DNA of 64,000 nucleotides from Pseudomonadota bacterium (lineage in GTDB: Bacteria > Pseudomonadota > Gammaproteobacteria > Steroidobacterales > Steroidobacteraceae): positions 2,919 through 66,918 of the forward strand of contig JAKBCR010000005.1 in NCBI GenBank assembly GCA_021807675.1. The letters are read 5' to 3'. Position numbers and translations under genes: made by a program. Under the pieces are notes generated by a model, which was not told where the DNA came from, ran no database searches, and saw only the letters and a list, made by a program, of their open reading frames with translations. Of this stretch, positions 39,826-48,966 are shown one piece after another. The number at the start of each line of letters is the position of its first letter. The first letter of the stretch is position 1.

Positions 39826-40318
39826 GCTGCTCGATGCCGCCGCCTCCGAGATCGGCATTCGTCCCATGACGGAAGTGGACGTCGCCGAGGTCTTTGCCGT
39901 GGAGCGCGCCTCGTACCAGTTTCCCTGGAGCGAAGGCATCTTCCGCGACTGCCTCCGGGTGGGATATGTCTGCCGCGTGCTCTCGTTCGGGGGCCGGGTC
40001 ATCGGCTACGGCGTCATGAGCGTCGGCGCCGGCGAGGCACACGTGCTGAATCTTTGCGTCGCGGACGGCTACCGCTGCCGCGGGCTCGGCCGGCGCATGC
40101 TCACCTATCTGCTCGAGCGGGGCGCGGCCGCCGGCATGAGCGAGGCGTTCCTCGAGGTGCGGCCGTCCAATACGGCGGCGATCCGTCTGTACCAGGCGAT
40201 CGGATTCGAGCAGGTCGGCATGCGCCGCGGCTATTACCAGGCGGTGGGCGGCAGGGAGGATGCCGCAGTGCTGAGGCTCACCCTGCGCGGACGCCGCGTC
40301 CCCCGCAACACACTCTGA
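39809..40318 (+). CDS. rimI: Ribosomal-protein-alanine N-acetyltransferase (GNAT)
   Basis: FPWSEGIFRDCL, RCRGLGRRMLTYLL, LEVRPSNTAAIRLYQAIGF. Confidence 0.8.
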   Translation: MAIAPELLDAAASEIGIRPMTEVDVAEVFAVERASYQFPWSEGIFRDCLRVGYVCRVLSFGGRVIGYGVMSVGAGEAHVLNLCVADGYRCRGLGRRMLTYLLERGAAAGMSEAFLEVRPSNTAAIRLYQAIGFEQVGMRRGYYQAVGGREDAAVLRLTLRGRRVPRNTL

Positions 40319-40333
40319 CGATAGTACTACTCA

Positions 40334-41917
40334 ATGACGCTGACTGCCGAGATCCGTCGGCGGCGGACGTTTGCGATCATCTCGCATCCTGACGCCGGCA
40401 AGACCACTTTGACCGAGAAACTGTTGCTCTTCGGCGGCGCGATCCAGATGGCGGGCACCGTCAAGGGCCGCAAGGCTGCGCGCCACGCGACCTCCGACTG
40501 GATGCGCCTCGAGCAGCAGCGCGGGATCTCGGTGACTTCGTCGGTCATGCAGTTCCCGTACCGGGAGAGCATCGTCAACCTGCTGGACACGCCGGGGCAC
40601 GAGGACTTCTCGGAGGACACTTATCGGACGCTCACGGCCGTGGACTCGGCTCTGATGGTCATCGACTGCGCCAAGGGTGTCGAGGAGCGGACGATCAAGC
40701 TGATGGAGGTCTGTCGGCTGCGCGACACCCCCATCATGACTTTCATCAACAAGCTCGACCGGGAGGGGCGCGCGCCGATCGAGCTGCTCGACGAGATCGA
40801 GAAGGTGTTGGGAATAGCCACGGCGCCCGTCACCTGGCCGATCGGGATGGGAAGGGATCTGCGCGGCATCTACCATCTGCCGGAAGATCGCATCTACGCC
40901 TACCTCGCGGGCGAGCGCGGGCGTGTCGGCGAGAATCGGATCATCGAGGGTCTCGAGAGCGCCGCGGCACGCGAGTTCCTGGGAGAGCGCCTCGAGGCGG
41001 TCGCCGCGGAAATCGAGCTCGTCAGGGGCGCGACCGCGGAATTCGATCCCGAGGCCTATCTTGCCGGGCGGCAGACGCCGGTGTTCTTCGGCTCGGCCAT
41101 CAACAACTTCGGGGTGGAGGAGCTGCTGGCCTCCTTCACGGCGCACGCTCCCGGCCCGCAGCCGCGCGAGTCGCAGGAGCGGCGGGTGGAGCCGCTCGAG
41201 GAGAAGCTGTCGGGATTCGTGTTCAAGATCCAGGCCAACATGGATCCGGCGCATCGCGATCGCATCGCTTTCCTGCGTCTTTGCTCGGGCAAGTACACCC
41301 GAGGCATGCGGCTCTATCACGTGCGGCTCGGCAAGGAGGTGCGGGTGGCCGATGCGCTGACCTTCATGGCGGCAGAGCGCGAGCACGCGGAGGAAGCCTA
41401 CGCGGGCGACATCATCGGACTGCACAACCATGGCACGATCAACATCGGCGACACGTTCACGGAGGGAGAGAGGCTGGCTTTCACGGGCGTGCCCAACTTC
41501 GCGCCGGAGATTTTCCGGCGCGCGGTGCTCAAGGACCCGCTGAGAATGAAAGCGCTGCAGAAGGGCCTGTCGCAGCTCTGCGAGGAAGGCGCCACGCAGC
41601 TATTCAGGCCGCTGCGCAACAGCGATCTGATCCTGGGAGCGGTCGGGCAGCTGCAGTTCGAGGTGGTGGCGTTTCGGCTTCAGGATGAGTACGGCGTGCA
41701 ATGCGCGTTCGAGCCGGTGACCGTGCACACGGCGCGTTGGATCGATGCCGCGGATGCCAAGAAGCTCGAGGAGTTTCGGAGCAGGGCCCACGACAATCTC
41801 GCGGTGGATCATGCCGGAGCGCTCGTGTATCTCGCGCCTGGCCGGGTGAATCTGCAGCTGACGCAGGAGCGGTGGCCCGATATCACTTTCCGGGAGACCC
41901 GAGAGCACGCGGTTTGA
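40334..41917 (+). CDS. prfC: Peptide chain release factor 3
   Basis: [43 protein letters not shown]. 527 aa. Confidence 0.95.
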   Translation: MTLTAEIRRRRTFAIISHPDAGKTTLTEKLLLFGGAIQMAGTVKGRKAARHATSDWMRLEQQRGISVTSSVMQFPYRESIVNLLDTPGHEDFSEDTYRTLTAVDSALMVIDCAKGVEERTIKLMEVCRLRDTPIMTFINKLDREGRAPIELLDEIEKVLGIATAPVTWPIGMGRDLRGIYHLPEDRIYAYLAGERGRVGENRIIEGLESAAAREFLGERLEAVAAEIELVRGATAEFDPEAYLAGRQTPVFFGSAINNFGVEELLASFTAHAPGPQPRESQERRVEPLEEKLSGFVFKIQANMDPAHRDRIAFLRLCSGKYTRGMRLYHVRLGKEVRVADALTFMAAEREHAEEAYAGDIIGLHNHGTINIGDTFTEGERLAFTGVPNFAPEIFRRAVLKDPLRMKALQKGLSQLCEEGATQLFRPLRNSDLILGAVGQLQFEVVAFRLQDEYGVQCAFEPVTVHTARWIDAADAKKLEEFRSRAHDNLAVDHAGALVYLAPGRVNLQLTQERWPDITFRETREHAV

Positions 41918-42008
41918 GAACGCGGAGGCTGCTTCCTCGCAGCGCGATGGCCCCGCGCGGCCCGTTGCGGATCGTTCGACCTGGGCCTTGCCGCGCTCGA
42001 GTGCATCC

Positions 42009-45000
42009 TCAATCGGTGCCGGAGGACTTCCAGTAAATCAGCTTCCGCGAGGGCACGATGGCCGGCCCGATCTGCTGTGGCGAGATCTCGGTGCTGGCGC
42101 CTCCCGAGAGCTGAGCCGCCCCGATGATGACCTGTGTGACGGAGCCGCCGATGGGCACGGTCGCAACGGAGGGCGACGGCGGCAGGCCGCCGCCCACGAA
42201 TGGCACCGAGCGTGTTCCGCCGCACGAGGCGCCCGAGGCGGAGATACCGCCGGATGCGTTGAACAGATTGACCCAGTAGCCGTACGCGTAGCCCAGGAGC
42301 GGTGAGCAGGTGCCGATCGTGCTGCTCGGGGGAGCCGGTCGATTGGTGCTGAAGGCCACCATGCCGGCGGCGATCAGTGCCGAGGTCACCGTCTGCTCGC
42401 CGGGACCATTTTGATCGAGGTCCATGTACCACCCGCTCTCGGTGGAGATCGGCAGGACGCCCTGCGTGCTGCAGGTGGTGCCGGCGGTGAAGTTCTCCAT
42501 CGTGGAGCCATCGAGGTTCAGGGGGCTGTCGGGGTTCGCGCCCGGCAAGGCCAGATTGTCCTTGAACACGTAGAAGCGCTGCTCGATCGGCGTCGACTGC
42601 GTGGCCTGCACGTACGGGTACTCGGCCGCGAGCGGGTGCTCGCGATCGCCCGATCCGAGCGCCACGTATACCTGGTTGTTCGGAGCGGCGAGCAGAGCCG
42701 GTCCGAACAGGAACTTCCGGCCGGCGCCAGTCGTCTGGGCGACGACATGGATCGCCCAGTTGCCCATGCTTGAATTGAAGTCAATGCGGTAGACGTTGCC
42801 GCCCGTATCGACCGCATAGGCGTGGTCGACTACGCCCGGCGTGGCAATGGAGATCAGCGAGACATCTCCCGCCACCGAGCGCCCCGTTCCGGCGACATTC
42901 GCAATTGCCGTGGAGAAAAACTTCAATTCCTGTCCGGTCTGCGCATCGAGGACGAAGACGCCCGCACCCTTCTCCCCAGTGCAGCTCGGGATGCTGGTAT
43001 TTTCATCCTCGCACGGGAGCCCGGCCGTGTTCACCTCCGCATCGTAGCCACCTCCGACGATCACCACGGGACGCGAGTACCCGAGCACGCTCGCGGCGAC
43101 CGCGGGCGTAGACCACGTCTCGCCAATCTGCGCGGCGTCGGGAGCGGTGACCCCACTCGTTGTCGAGACGACGCCGCAGCCCGTATCGCTGGTGAGCAGG
43201 GGACATCCGAACTTCCAGAGGAACTTGGGTGAGCCGGGAGTAGTGACGTCAAGCGCATAGATCATGCGCCCGCCGCGCCGCATCGCCGGGTAAATCCACA
43301 CCGCGCTCGGCACGCCGCTGGAATTCGCGGCACCCTCGTAGAAGCCGATCGAGCCGTCGAAGTAATAATCCTTGGGCGCCGGCGCAGGCGTGAGGTTCGT
43401 GGTGTTCATGTCGAAATACTTGTCCAACGGACTGATCTGGTTGCCGCCGGCATCCGTCATCGCGCTCCACATCAGCCGCTCGAGGCCCGTTGGCGGGCTG
43501 GTGCTCGAGCCGCTCGGAGGATAGATGGCGGGCGCCGGAGTGTAGAACTCCGGCGCGACGAACGCCCACAGCTCCTTGCCCGTCGAAGCGTCGACGGCTC
43601 GCAGCGTGCCGTCATTGGAGCCGTAGAAGACCGTCACGGCGCCCGACCCGTAGTCGACAGGCAAGGGTCGCGAGTGGATCACGTCCCCGTGCACCGACGG
43701 GCGCGTCTCGCTCGTGTTGCCGTTCCCGTTCTCGTCCTGCACGTCATAGCCGAGTACCCAATCGACGAGATTGCCGGGCAGGCCGGTGTTCGTCTGGTTG
43801 AAGGGAACAAGCGCCGTCCCGGCGAGTCCCTGAAGCGTCAGGACGTCGCGCTGCGCAGGAGACCACGTCGGGGTGGAGTTGGTAGCCGGAGGATTGTCGC
43901 CCTTGCGGATCACCTCCGCGACTCCGCCCTTCTCGACGATCGGGCCGTCCTGATCATCCGTGTAGACCCCGAATGCGGGCGTCGGGCACGTGCTCTTCGA
44001 CAAGCTGCTCTCGATCGTGGTATTCCAGTAGCCGGACGAGTTGATGCTCGCGCCATAGTTCCAGTAGCCGTTCGGATAGTGGGTGGAATCGGTCGAATCC
44101 GTGGTCCAGAAGCTGAGCGCACACGGCATCGGGAAGCCGGTGTTCGTATTCACCGCGGCGGCGCCGGTCGCATCACCGAGCTGGATGGAGCCGTCAAGGT
44201 CGATGAGCTGATACTCCTTGAGGTTGCCCATCCACCGCGGCTGGTCCTTGGGATCGGGGCGGAACATCGGAATGAAGACCTGGTTGTCGTTCTCGGCGCG
44301 GTTGGTCGAGCTGACCGGCAGGCTGGCCGAGGCGAACGTGGAGTTGACCGCCTCGATCTGCGACAGAATGTTGACGACGGCGTTGTATACCGCCAGCGTG
44401 TTGCCGACCTGGTAATACCGGCCCCCGCCCTGGATGGCCGCGGCCTTCAGCGAGGCCGAATAGCCGGGGTCGTTCTGGGAATTGTAGGCGTCCAGCACAT
44501 AGGTGACGATCGAGCCGTTGTTGTTGCCGGCCGGGACTACGGCCCCGTTCTGATACAGGAAACGGGTCCACTCATCGAGCCACGAGTCGCCATTCTTGAG
44601 CGTCGAGGTCGCCGGCAGAGCGGTAAGCGGTGGCACGACGCTCGACTCGTAGACGTTTTCGGTGGATCCGACCTGGCCATAGCTGTTGTTGGCGATGTAG
44701 ATGATGTAGTTATTGGTGCACGGCTGGGAGGAGTTGATGGGACTCTGATAGTTACTGCCGGCTGACAGCAGCGCAAAACCGGAGGTCAGTCCCTGGTCCG
44801 CGGCCGTTACGCCCTCGGCCGTGAGATTGCCGCTCAGGTCCACCCAGGGGTTCTGCGGATAAATCCCCGTGAACGGGGTGAGGCCGGAGAAGTATTTGTA
44901 CAGCTCGTAAAAGGCTGCCGTCTCGTCCTTGTGAGACATTCCGCAGCATTCCTCGTCCTGTTGCCCGCCGCCGTTGGTGTAGTTGTAGATATGGGTGAGT

Positions 45001-45470
45001 ATGGCGCTCAGTGCCGTAGCGTTTGGATAAGTGACATTGCCGCTCGAGTCGGTCACCGAATACGCCATGTTCCGTGCGGCGAAGCGGATGTAGCCGCCGC
45101 CGGTGCTGATTCCGTTCAAGTAGTACGGGCTCAGCATCGCGAGGCCGATGTTGACGGCCTGACCCTGTTTCTCCAGGTAGGTGATGACGGACTGGATGGC
45201 CTCGACCTCGGCCTGTCCCTGGTTGATCGCGGCGCCGGTGTTGGGGTCGGTCCAGCCTTGGGAATTGCGTGCCCAGTTGGCGCTGTTGTCGAGAAGAATC
45301 ATCACATTGGCGGTGTTCGAGACTCCCCCGGAGTTGCCGAGGAAGATGTCGATGTCGCCATAGCCATAGCTCGTATCGGCCGTGGCGGCTTCGGGGATCG
45401 CAAGGGTGGCGATCGCGAGCGCGATAGCGGCCAGCATTACGCGGCAGGCACCGGGAGTGATTGGTTTCAT
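42009..45470 (-). CDS. pilY1: PilY1-like type IV pilus tip adhesin / biogenesis factor
   Basis: 1153 aa. Signal peptide from MKPITPG. N-terminal vWA-like block (VMILLDNSANW). C-terminal beta-propeller-like region. Last gene of the minor-pilin operon. Confidence 0.8.
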   Translation of the reverse strand: MKPITPGACRVMLAAIALAIATLAIPEAATADTSYGYGDIDIFLGNSGGVSNTANVMILLDNSANWARNSQGWTDPNTGAAINQGQAEVEAIQSVITYLEKQGQAVNIGLAMLSPYYLNGISTGGGYIRFAARNMAYSVTDSSGNVTYPNATALSAILTHIYNYTNGGGQQDEECCGMSHKDETAAFYELYKYFSGLTPFTGIYPQNPWVDLSGNLTAEGVTAADQGLTSGFALLSAGSNYQSPINSSQPCTNNYIIYIANNSYGQVGSTENVYESSVVPPLTALPATSTLKNGDSWLDEWTRFLYQNGAVVPAGNNNGSIVTYVLDAYNSQNDPGYSASLKAAAIQGGGRYYQVGNTLAVYNAVVNILSQIEAVNSTFASASLPVSSTNRAENDNQVFIPMFRPDPKDQPRWMGNLKEYQLIDLDGSIQLGDATGAAAVNTNTGFPMPCALSFWTTDSTDSTHYPNGYWNYGASINSSGYWNTTIESSLSKSTCPTPAFGVYTDDQDGPIVEKGGVAEVIRKGDNPPATNSTPTWSPAQRDVLTLQGLAGTALVPFNQTNTGLPGNLVDWVLGYDVQDENGNGNTSETRPSVHGDVIHSRPLPVDYGSGAVTVFYGSNDGTLRAVDASTGKELWAFVAPEFYTPAPAIYPPSGSSTSPPTGLERLMWSAMTDAGGNQISPLDKYFDMNTTNLTPAPAPKDYYFDGSIGFYEGAANSSGVPSAVWIYPAMRRGGRMIYALDVTTPGSPKFLWKFGCPLLTSDTGCGVVSTTSGVTAPDAAQIGETWSTPAVAASVLGYSRPVVIVGGGYDAEVNTAGLPCEDENTSIPSCTGEKGAGVFVLDAQTGQELKFFSTAIANVAGTGRSVAGDVSLISIATPGVVDHAYAVDTGGNVYRIDFNSSMGNWAIHVVAQTTGAGRKFLFGPALLAAPNNQVYVALGSGDREHPLAAEYPYVQATQSTPIEQRFYVFKDNLALPGANPDSPLNLDGSTMENFTAGTTCSTQGVLPISTESGWYMDLDQNGPGEQTVTSALIAAGMVAFSTNRPAPPSSTIGTCSPLLGYAYGYWVNLFNASGGISASGASCGGTRSVPFVGGGLPPSPSVATVPIGGSVTQVIIGAAQLSGGASTEISPQQIGPAIVPSRKLIYWKSSGTD

Positions 45471-45495
45471 GTTCGCGTGCTCGATGGCTGTACGG

Positions 45496-46059
45496 TCACG
45501 GGCATGTCGTCCATGAGGGAACGCGCACACCGGTGCCTTCATCCACGGTGGCCGTGGCTCCGGTCACTGTATCCTGTGCGACGGCATGAATGTTCCATAC
45601 GCTGTTGGAGCACATGGAGTCATTGCTGTTCGTACCGACGACCCCGAAATTCTGGCCGGCACCGACGAGACAACCGGAATCGTTGGGATCGGCGAAGTTG
45701 AGTGCGGTGACCGGGATGGGCTCGATCGAATCGCAGGCCGGAGTCACGGTGACGTCGATCTCGCCCGTGCCCGCGGTGGTGGCGGCGCCGCTGGAGGCGA
45801 TGCAGAGGGTGTTCGTGCCCTTGCATGGGTTCGGAACGGGGCTCGACGGTGTGGCGATGAACTGGACGCTGCTGACGGTGGTGTCGATGGCGGCCTGCGC
45901 GGCGGCGGTCGCCTGGTCGCGCTGCTGGATGTTGCCGACGATCTGCAGGTTGCTCTTGCCGAGGCGGAAGGCAGTTATCGCGAGGATGGTGATCAGCAGC
46001 AGCATGATCAGGCTGACGATCAGTGCGGCGCCGCGCTCCTGGGCGAACTTGTTTCTCAC
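45496..46059 (-). CDS. pilX: PilX-like minor pilin / pilus assembly protein
   Basis: N-terminus QERGAALIVSLIMLLLITILAITAF. The GTG start overlaps the pilW stop (GTGA). Confidence 0.7.
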   Translation of the reverse strand: MRNKFAQERGAALIVSLIMLLLITILAITAFRLGKSNLQIVGNIQQRDQATAAAQAAIDTTVSSVQFIATPSSPVPNPCKGTNTLCIASSGAATTAGTGEIDVTVTPACDSIEPIPVTALNFADPNDSGCLVGAGQNFGVVGTNSNDSMCSNSVWNIHAVAQDTVTGATATVDEGTGVRVPSWTTCP

Positions 46060-47120
46060 GGGGTATTCCTTCCGGCGATGTTTGTCAGGCGGAATTCCGC
46101 TTCGTAAACGTGACGCTTGAAGCCGTCGGCATACGGACCGAAGGCTTGTGGGTTGCCGCTCGGATCGGTTCCAAGAAAGAAGGTCTTGCGTGGCGCGCTC
46201 CCGGTCGCGTAGCCTGGTGTCGCGGTGGTGTTGCGCGCGAGCACGTAAACTTGAGCGGCGACCGTATTGCGCCAGTAGCTCAGGCAGCCGGCTCCGGAGC
46301 AACCGTTGTAGCTGTACGGATCCGGGGTGAACACGGCCGGCGAGCCCGTGGGGGCGGCGACGTTGTCGAGCCCCCAGTCGATCTTCAGCTCTTCGATGCC
46401 TTCAGCGATGGGCATCGGGCTGGTGAATCCGCCGCTCGCAAGGTCGAGGTCCACGCGCTTGAGGGTCGGTATGCCGTCTCCGGGCTTGTCGTCCGTGGCT
46501 ACGAAATAGATGTGCACCTCGTACGGATAAAGAGGCGCCGCGGTCGTGCAATCCAGATTGTGCAGGGTGAAATTCGCGCTGTCGGTGTCGAGCACGTAAT
46601 ACGTGCTGATGTCTCCGGAGCCGAGCTCGCTGGTACTGTTGCAGCCCGACGCCTGGAGATACGCATCGCCCGGAGTCTGGGACGGGCAATTCGGATCGCT
46701 GACGTTGACCGCGCAGGTGCCGGCGCGCCGGACCACCAGGATATCGCTGCCCGGTTTGACGTCGGTCGGGAGGCACGACAGAGTCGGGGTCCCGGTGTAG
46801 TCGTAGTATCCTTGTACGAAGATGGGCAACGCGGCGTTGAGGCTCGAGACGGTGGTGGCGCAGGGGTCGGGGTCGGTCGTCGGCGTGGACAGGACGCTTG
46901 GATCGAACGTGCCAAGATAGCCCGCCTCGCGCAGGTCATCACCGATCACCTCCAGGGCGTATTGGCCGTTCTCCGTCTGCTGATTGGCGCGCTGAATCTC
47001 GTCGCGCTCGCGGCTGTTGTTCGCGAACAGCGTGACAAGTCCTGCCAGGAGCATGAGGCTGATCACGATCGAGACCATCAGCTCGATGAGGTTGTAGCCG
47101 TGCTGACGGGTCGGGCTCAT
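46056..47120 (-). CDS. pilW: PilW minor pilin
   Basis: Prepilin-type N-terminus QHGYNLIELMVSIVISLMLLAG. Size and operon position fit. Confidence 0.75.
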   Translation of the reverse strand: MSPTRQHGYNLIELMVSIVISLMLLAGLVTLFANNSRERDEIQRANQQTENGQYALEVIGDDLREAGYLGTFDPSVLSTPTTDPDPCATTVSSLNAALPIFVQGYYDYTGTPTLSCLPTDVKPGSDILVVRRAGTCAVNVSDPNCPSQTPGDAYLQASGCNSTSELGSGDISTYYVLDTDSANFTLHNLDCTTAAPLYPYEVHIYFVATDDKPGDGIPTLKRVDLDLASGGFTSPMPIAEGIEELKIDWGLDNVAAPTGSPAVFTPDPYSYNGCSGAGCLSYWRNTVAAQVYVLARNTTATPGYATGSAPRKTFFLGTDPSGNPQAFGPYADGFKRHVYEAEFRLTNIAGRNTP

Positions 47121-47142
47121 GGGGTATAGGGAGTACATGCGC

Positions 47143-47745
47143 TCAGAAGCACGATGTCGTGGGAACGGTGACGGTACTCGCGACTGCGCGTCGATACGCG
47201 TCATTGCTGCCGTAATCGCCTTGCCCGCAGACGAGGCTGGCTGGGGGCGCGACGGTCGGATTCATCCCCTGCCAGACGACCGTCACCTGGTAAACGCCGG
47301 GCGTGCAGACGCCGAGGGCGGGGTTGGGCGCCTGCAGTTGGGTGACGCACCCGCGTGCTTGCTGCATGCCGCCGACGTCTGCTGCCGCTGTCCCAGTGCC
47401 CGTCTGCTCGCTGGCGCCTTTGAGCAGCTGGCTCCATTGGCATCGGTCGAGCGCCGGGCCTACCCCATAGCCGGCACAGCTCGTGCCCGTATAGGAGTCG
47501 CCGGTGCCGAGCGGCGTGGTGGTGACGTAGCTGGCGGCCTGCGAGGGGTTGAGGCTGATCCGATCGGCCATGTCCGTGAGGGCCAGCAGCGCCTGCTCGC
47601 GCTGGTACGACTCGATCTCCGAGACGCCCATTTTGGATTGCAGTCCGGCAACGCCGAGCAAGCCGATCGCGAGGATCAGAAGCGTCACGAGCACCTCGAT
47701 GAGCGACGTGCCGTGGGAATTGTGCGGTGGCGCTCGTGTCAGCAT
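47143..47745 (-). CDS. pilV: PilV minor pilin
   Basis: HGTSLIEVLVTLLILAIGLLGVAGLQ. Start MLTRAPP at 47745. Confidence 0.75.
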   Translation of the reverse strand: MLTRAPPHNSHGTSLIEVLVTLLILAIGLLGVAGLQSKMGVSEIESYQREQALLALTDMADRISLNPSQAASYVTTTPLGTGDSYTGTSCAGYGVGPALDRCQWSQLLKGASEQTGTGTAAADVGGMQQARGCVTQLQAPNPALGVCTPGVYQVTVVWQGMNPTVAPPASLVCGQGDYGSNDAYRRAVASTVTVPTTSCF

Positions 47746-48263
47746 GTCGTCCCCGCCTGCATGTAGGGAGTACCCGTCGGATCGACGGAGACGCATTGGG
47801 TGGTCGTGGAGCTGCCTGTGGTCGCGGTGACGACGAACATCGGCGCCGTGCCCGGGGCCAGCCGGCCGTAGGGAAAGTAGGTGACGCTGGTGGCGCCCGA
47901 GGTCTCCTGCAGGGTGACGCCGTGCATCGGTCCATGGGTGTCGACGGTCGTGGCACTGCTGCCAGTCGACTGGGTCGTCCATCCGTACTGCCAGCCGCCG
48001 GCACCCTCGGTGATGTTGACCTGCTGGTCGAGCCGGATCGCCTCCGAGCGGGCGGTGATGAGGCTGGTGTAGAGCTCCGAGGCCGCCGCATCGGCGTGCT
48101 CGGTGGCGATGATGTCGTTGAAGGAGGGTACCGCGAGAGTCGCGAGAATGGCTCCGACCGCGATCGTCACCACGAGCTCCGTCAGGGTGAAGCCACTTTC
48201 CAGCCGGCGCGGCGCTCCGCGGGCCAAGATGCCCTCCGTGGTGAGGCGGAGAAGCTTCATCAT
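47739..48263 (-). CDS. FimT/FimU (GspH-type) minor pilin
   Basis: SGFTLTELVVTIAVGAILATLAVPSF...ELYTSLITARSEAI. Confidence 0.75.
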   Translation of the reverse strand: MMKLLRLTTEGILARGAPRRLESGFTLTELVVTIAVGAILATLAVPSFNDIIATEHADAAASELYTSLITARSEAIRLDQQVNITEGAGGWQYGWTTQSTGSSATTVDTHGPMHGVTLQETSGATSVTYFPYGRLAPGTAPMFVVTATTGSSTTTQCVSVDPTGTPYMQAGTTC

Positions 48264-48280
48264 GTGTGTTCTCGAAGCTG

Positions 48281-48700
48281 CTACCAGGTGCCTGCCGGCT
48301 GCTTGCTTCCTGTCTGATCGATGATCAGGGTCACATCGCCCGCCTGGGCGGTGCCGGCGATGGGGGCCGCCGTTGCCGTGAAGGTCGGGGGCGGCCCCGC
48401 CTGGGCATTGACCGAAACGTTGTAGAATTGCGTGACGTTGCTCGGGATCGTGACGTTGAGGCTCGCGCTCACGGCGCTGGCGGTCGCTCCGCCGGCGTAC
48501 TGGCGTTGGTCGAGGATGTACTGCTGCTCGCGCTGTGCGATGTCCATGAGCGCCGCTTCGGCGGCGGATCGGCGGCCCTCAACGAGCTGGTGCAAATAGA
48601 GCGGATAGGCGATCGCGGCGAGAATGGCGACGATCGCTACCGTGACCATCAGCTCGATCAGAGTGAACCCTCGTGCGAATTTGGAGGCTTGCTCCGTCAT
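48281..48700 (-). CDS. pilE: Type IV pilin PilE-like
   Basis: Leader MTEQASKFARG, then FTLIELMVTVAIVAILAAIAYPLY. 139 aa. Confidence 0.8.
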   Translation of the reverse strand: MTEQASKFARGFTLIELMVTVAIVAILAAIAYPLYLHQLVEGRRSAAEAALMDIAQREQQYILDQRQYAGGATASAVSASLNVTIPSNVTQFYNVSVNAQAGPPPTFTATAAPIAGTAQAGDVTLIIDQTGSKQPAGTW

Positions 48701-48877
48701 CGTCTCTCGCTACCGCATACGCGGACATGAGAAGGAGTCTATTGGGCGCGGCGGCCGTTGAGGGGGGTGTGTGTTTGATTTGTGACGACCGCACGGTTTC
48801 GACGTGCTCGACCTCCCAGGTGCGACAGATTATGTCATATCCGGCCCGGCAAGCGCGGGCAACTGGTCATGAGGACG

Positions 48878-48887
48878 CCCCCCCCCC
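48878..48887. repeat. C10 homopolymer tract (G10 on the pilE coding strand)
   Basis: Counted directly in gacgCCCCCCCCCCgcgc. Intergenic, about 180 nt upstream of the pilE ATG and about 80 nt downstream of the tgpA stop. Confidence 0.9.
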
Positions 48888-48966
48888 GCGCGCCGCGGTC
48901 CGGACCGGAGGCCCTGGCGGATCGTTTGACCTGAGCCACGTCGTGCTCCGTCAATGCGTCTGGTTC

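Noticed and set aside
48701-48966. Search for a sigma-54 or clear sigma-70 promoter for pilE
   Set aside because: No TGGCAC-N5-TTGC match was found. Only a -10-like CATAAT without an acceptable -35, so no promoter feature is claimed.
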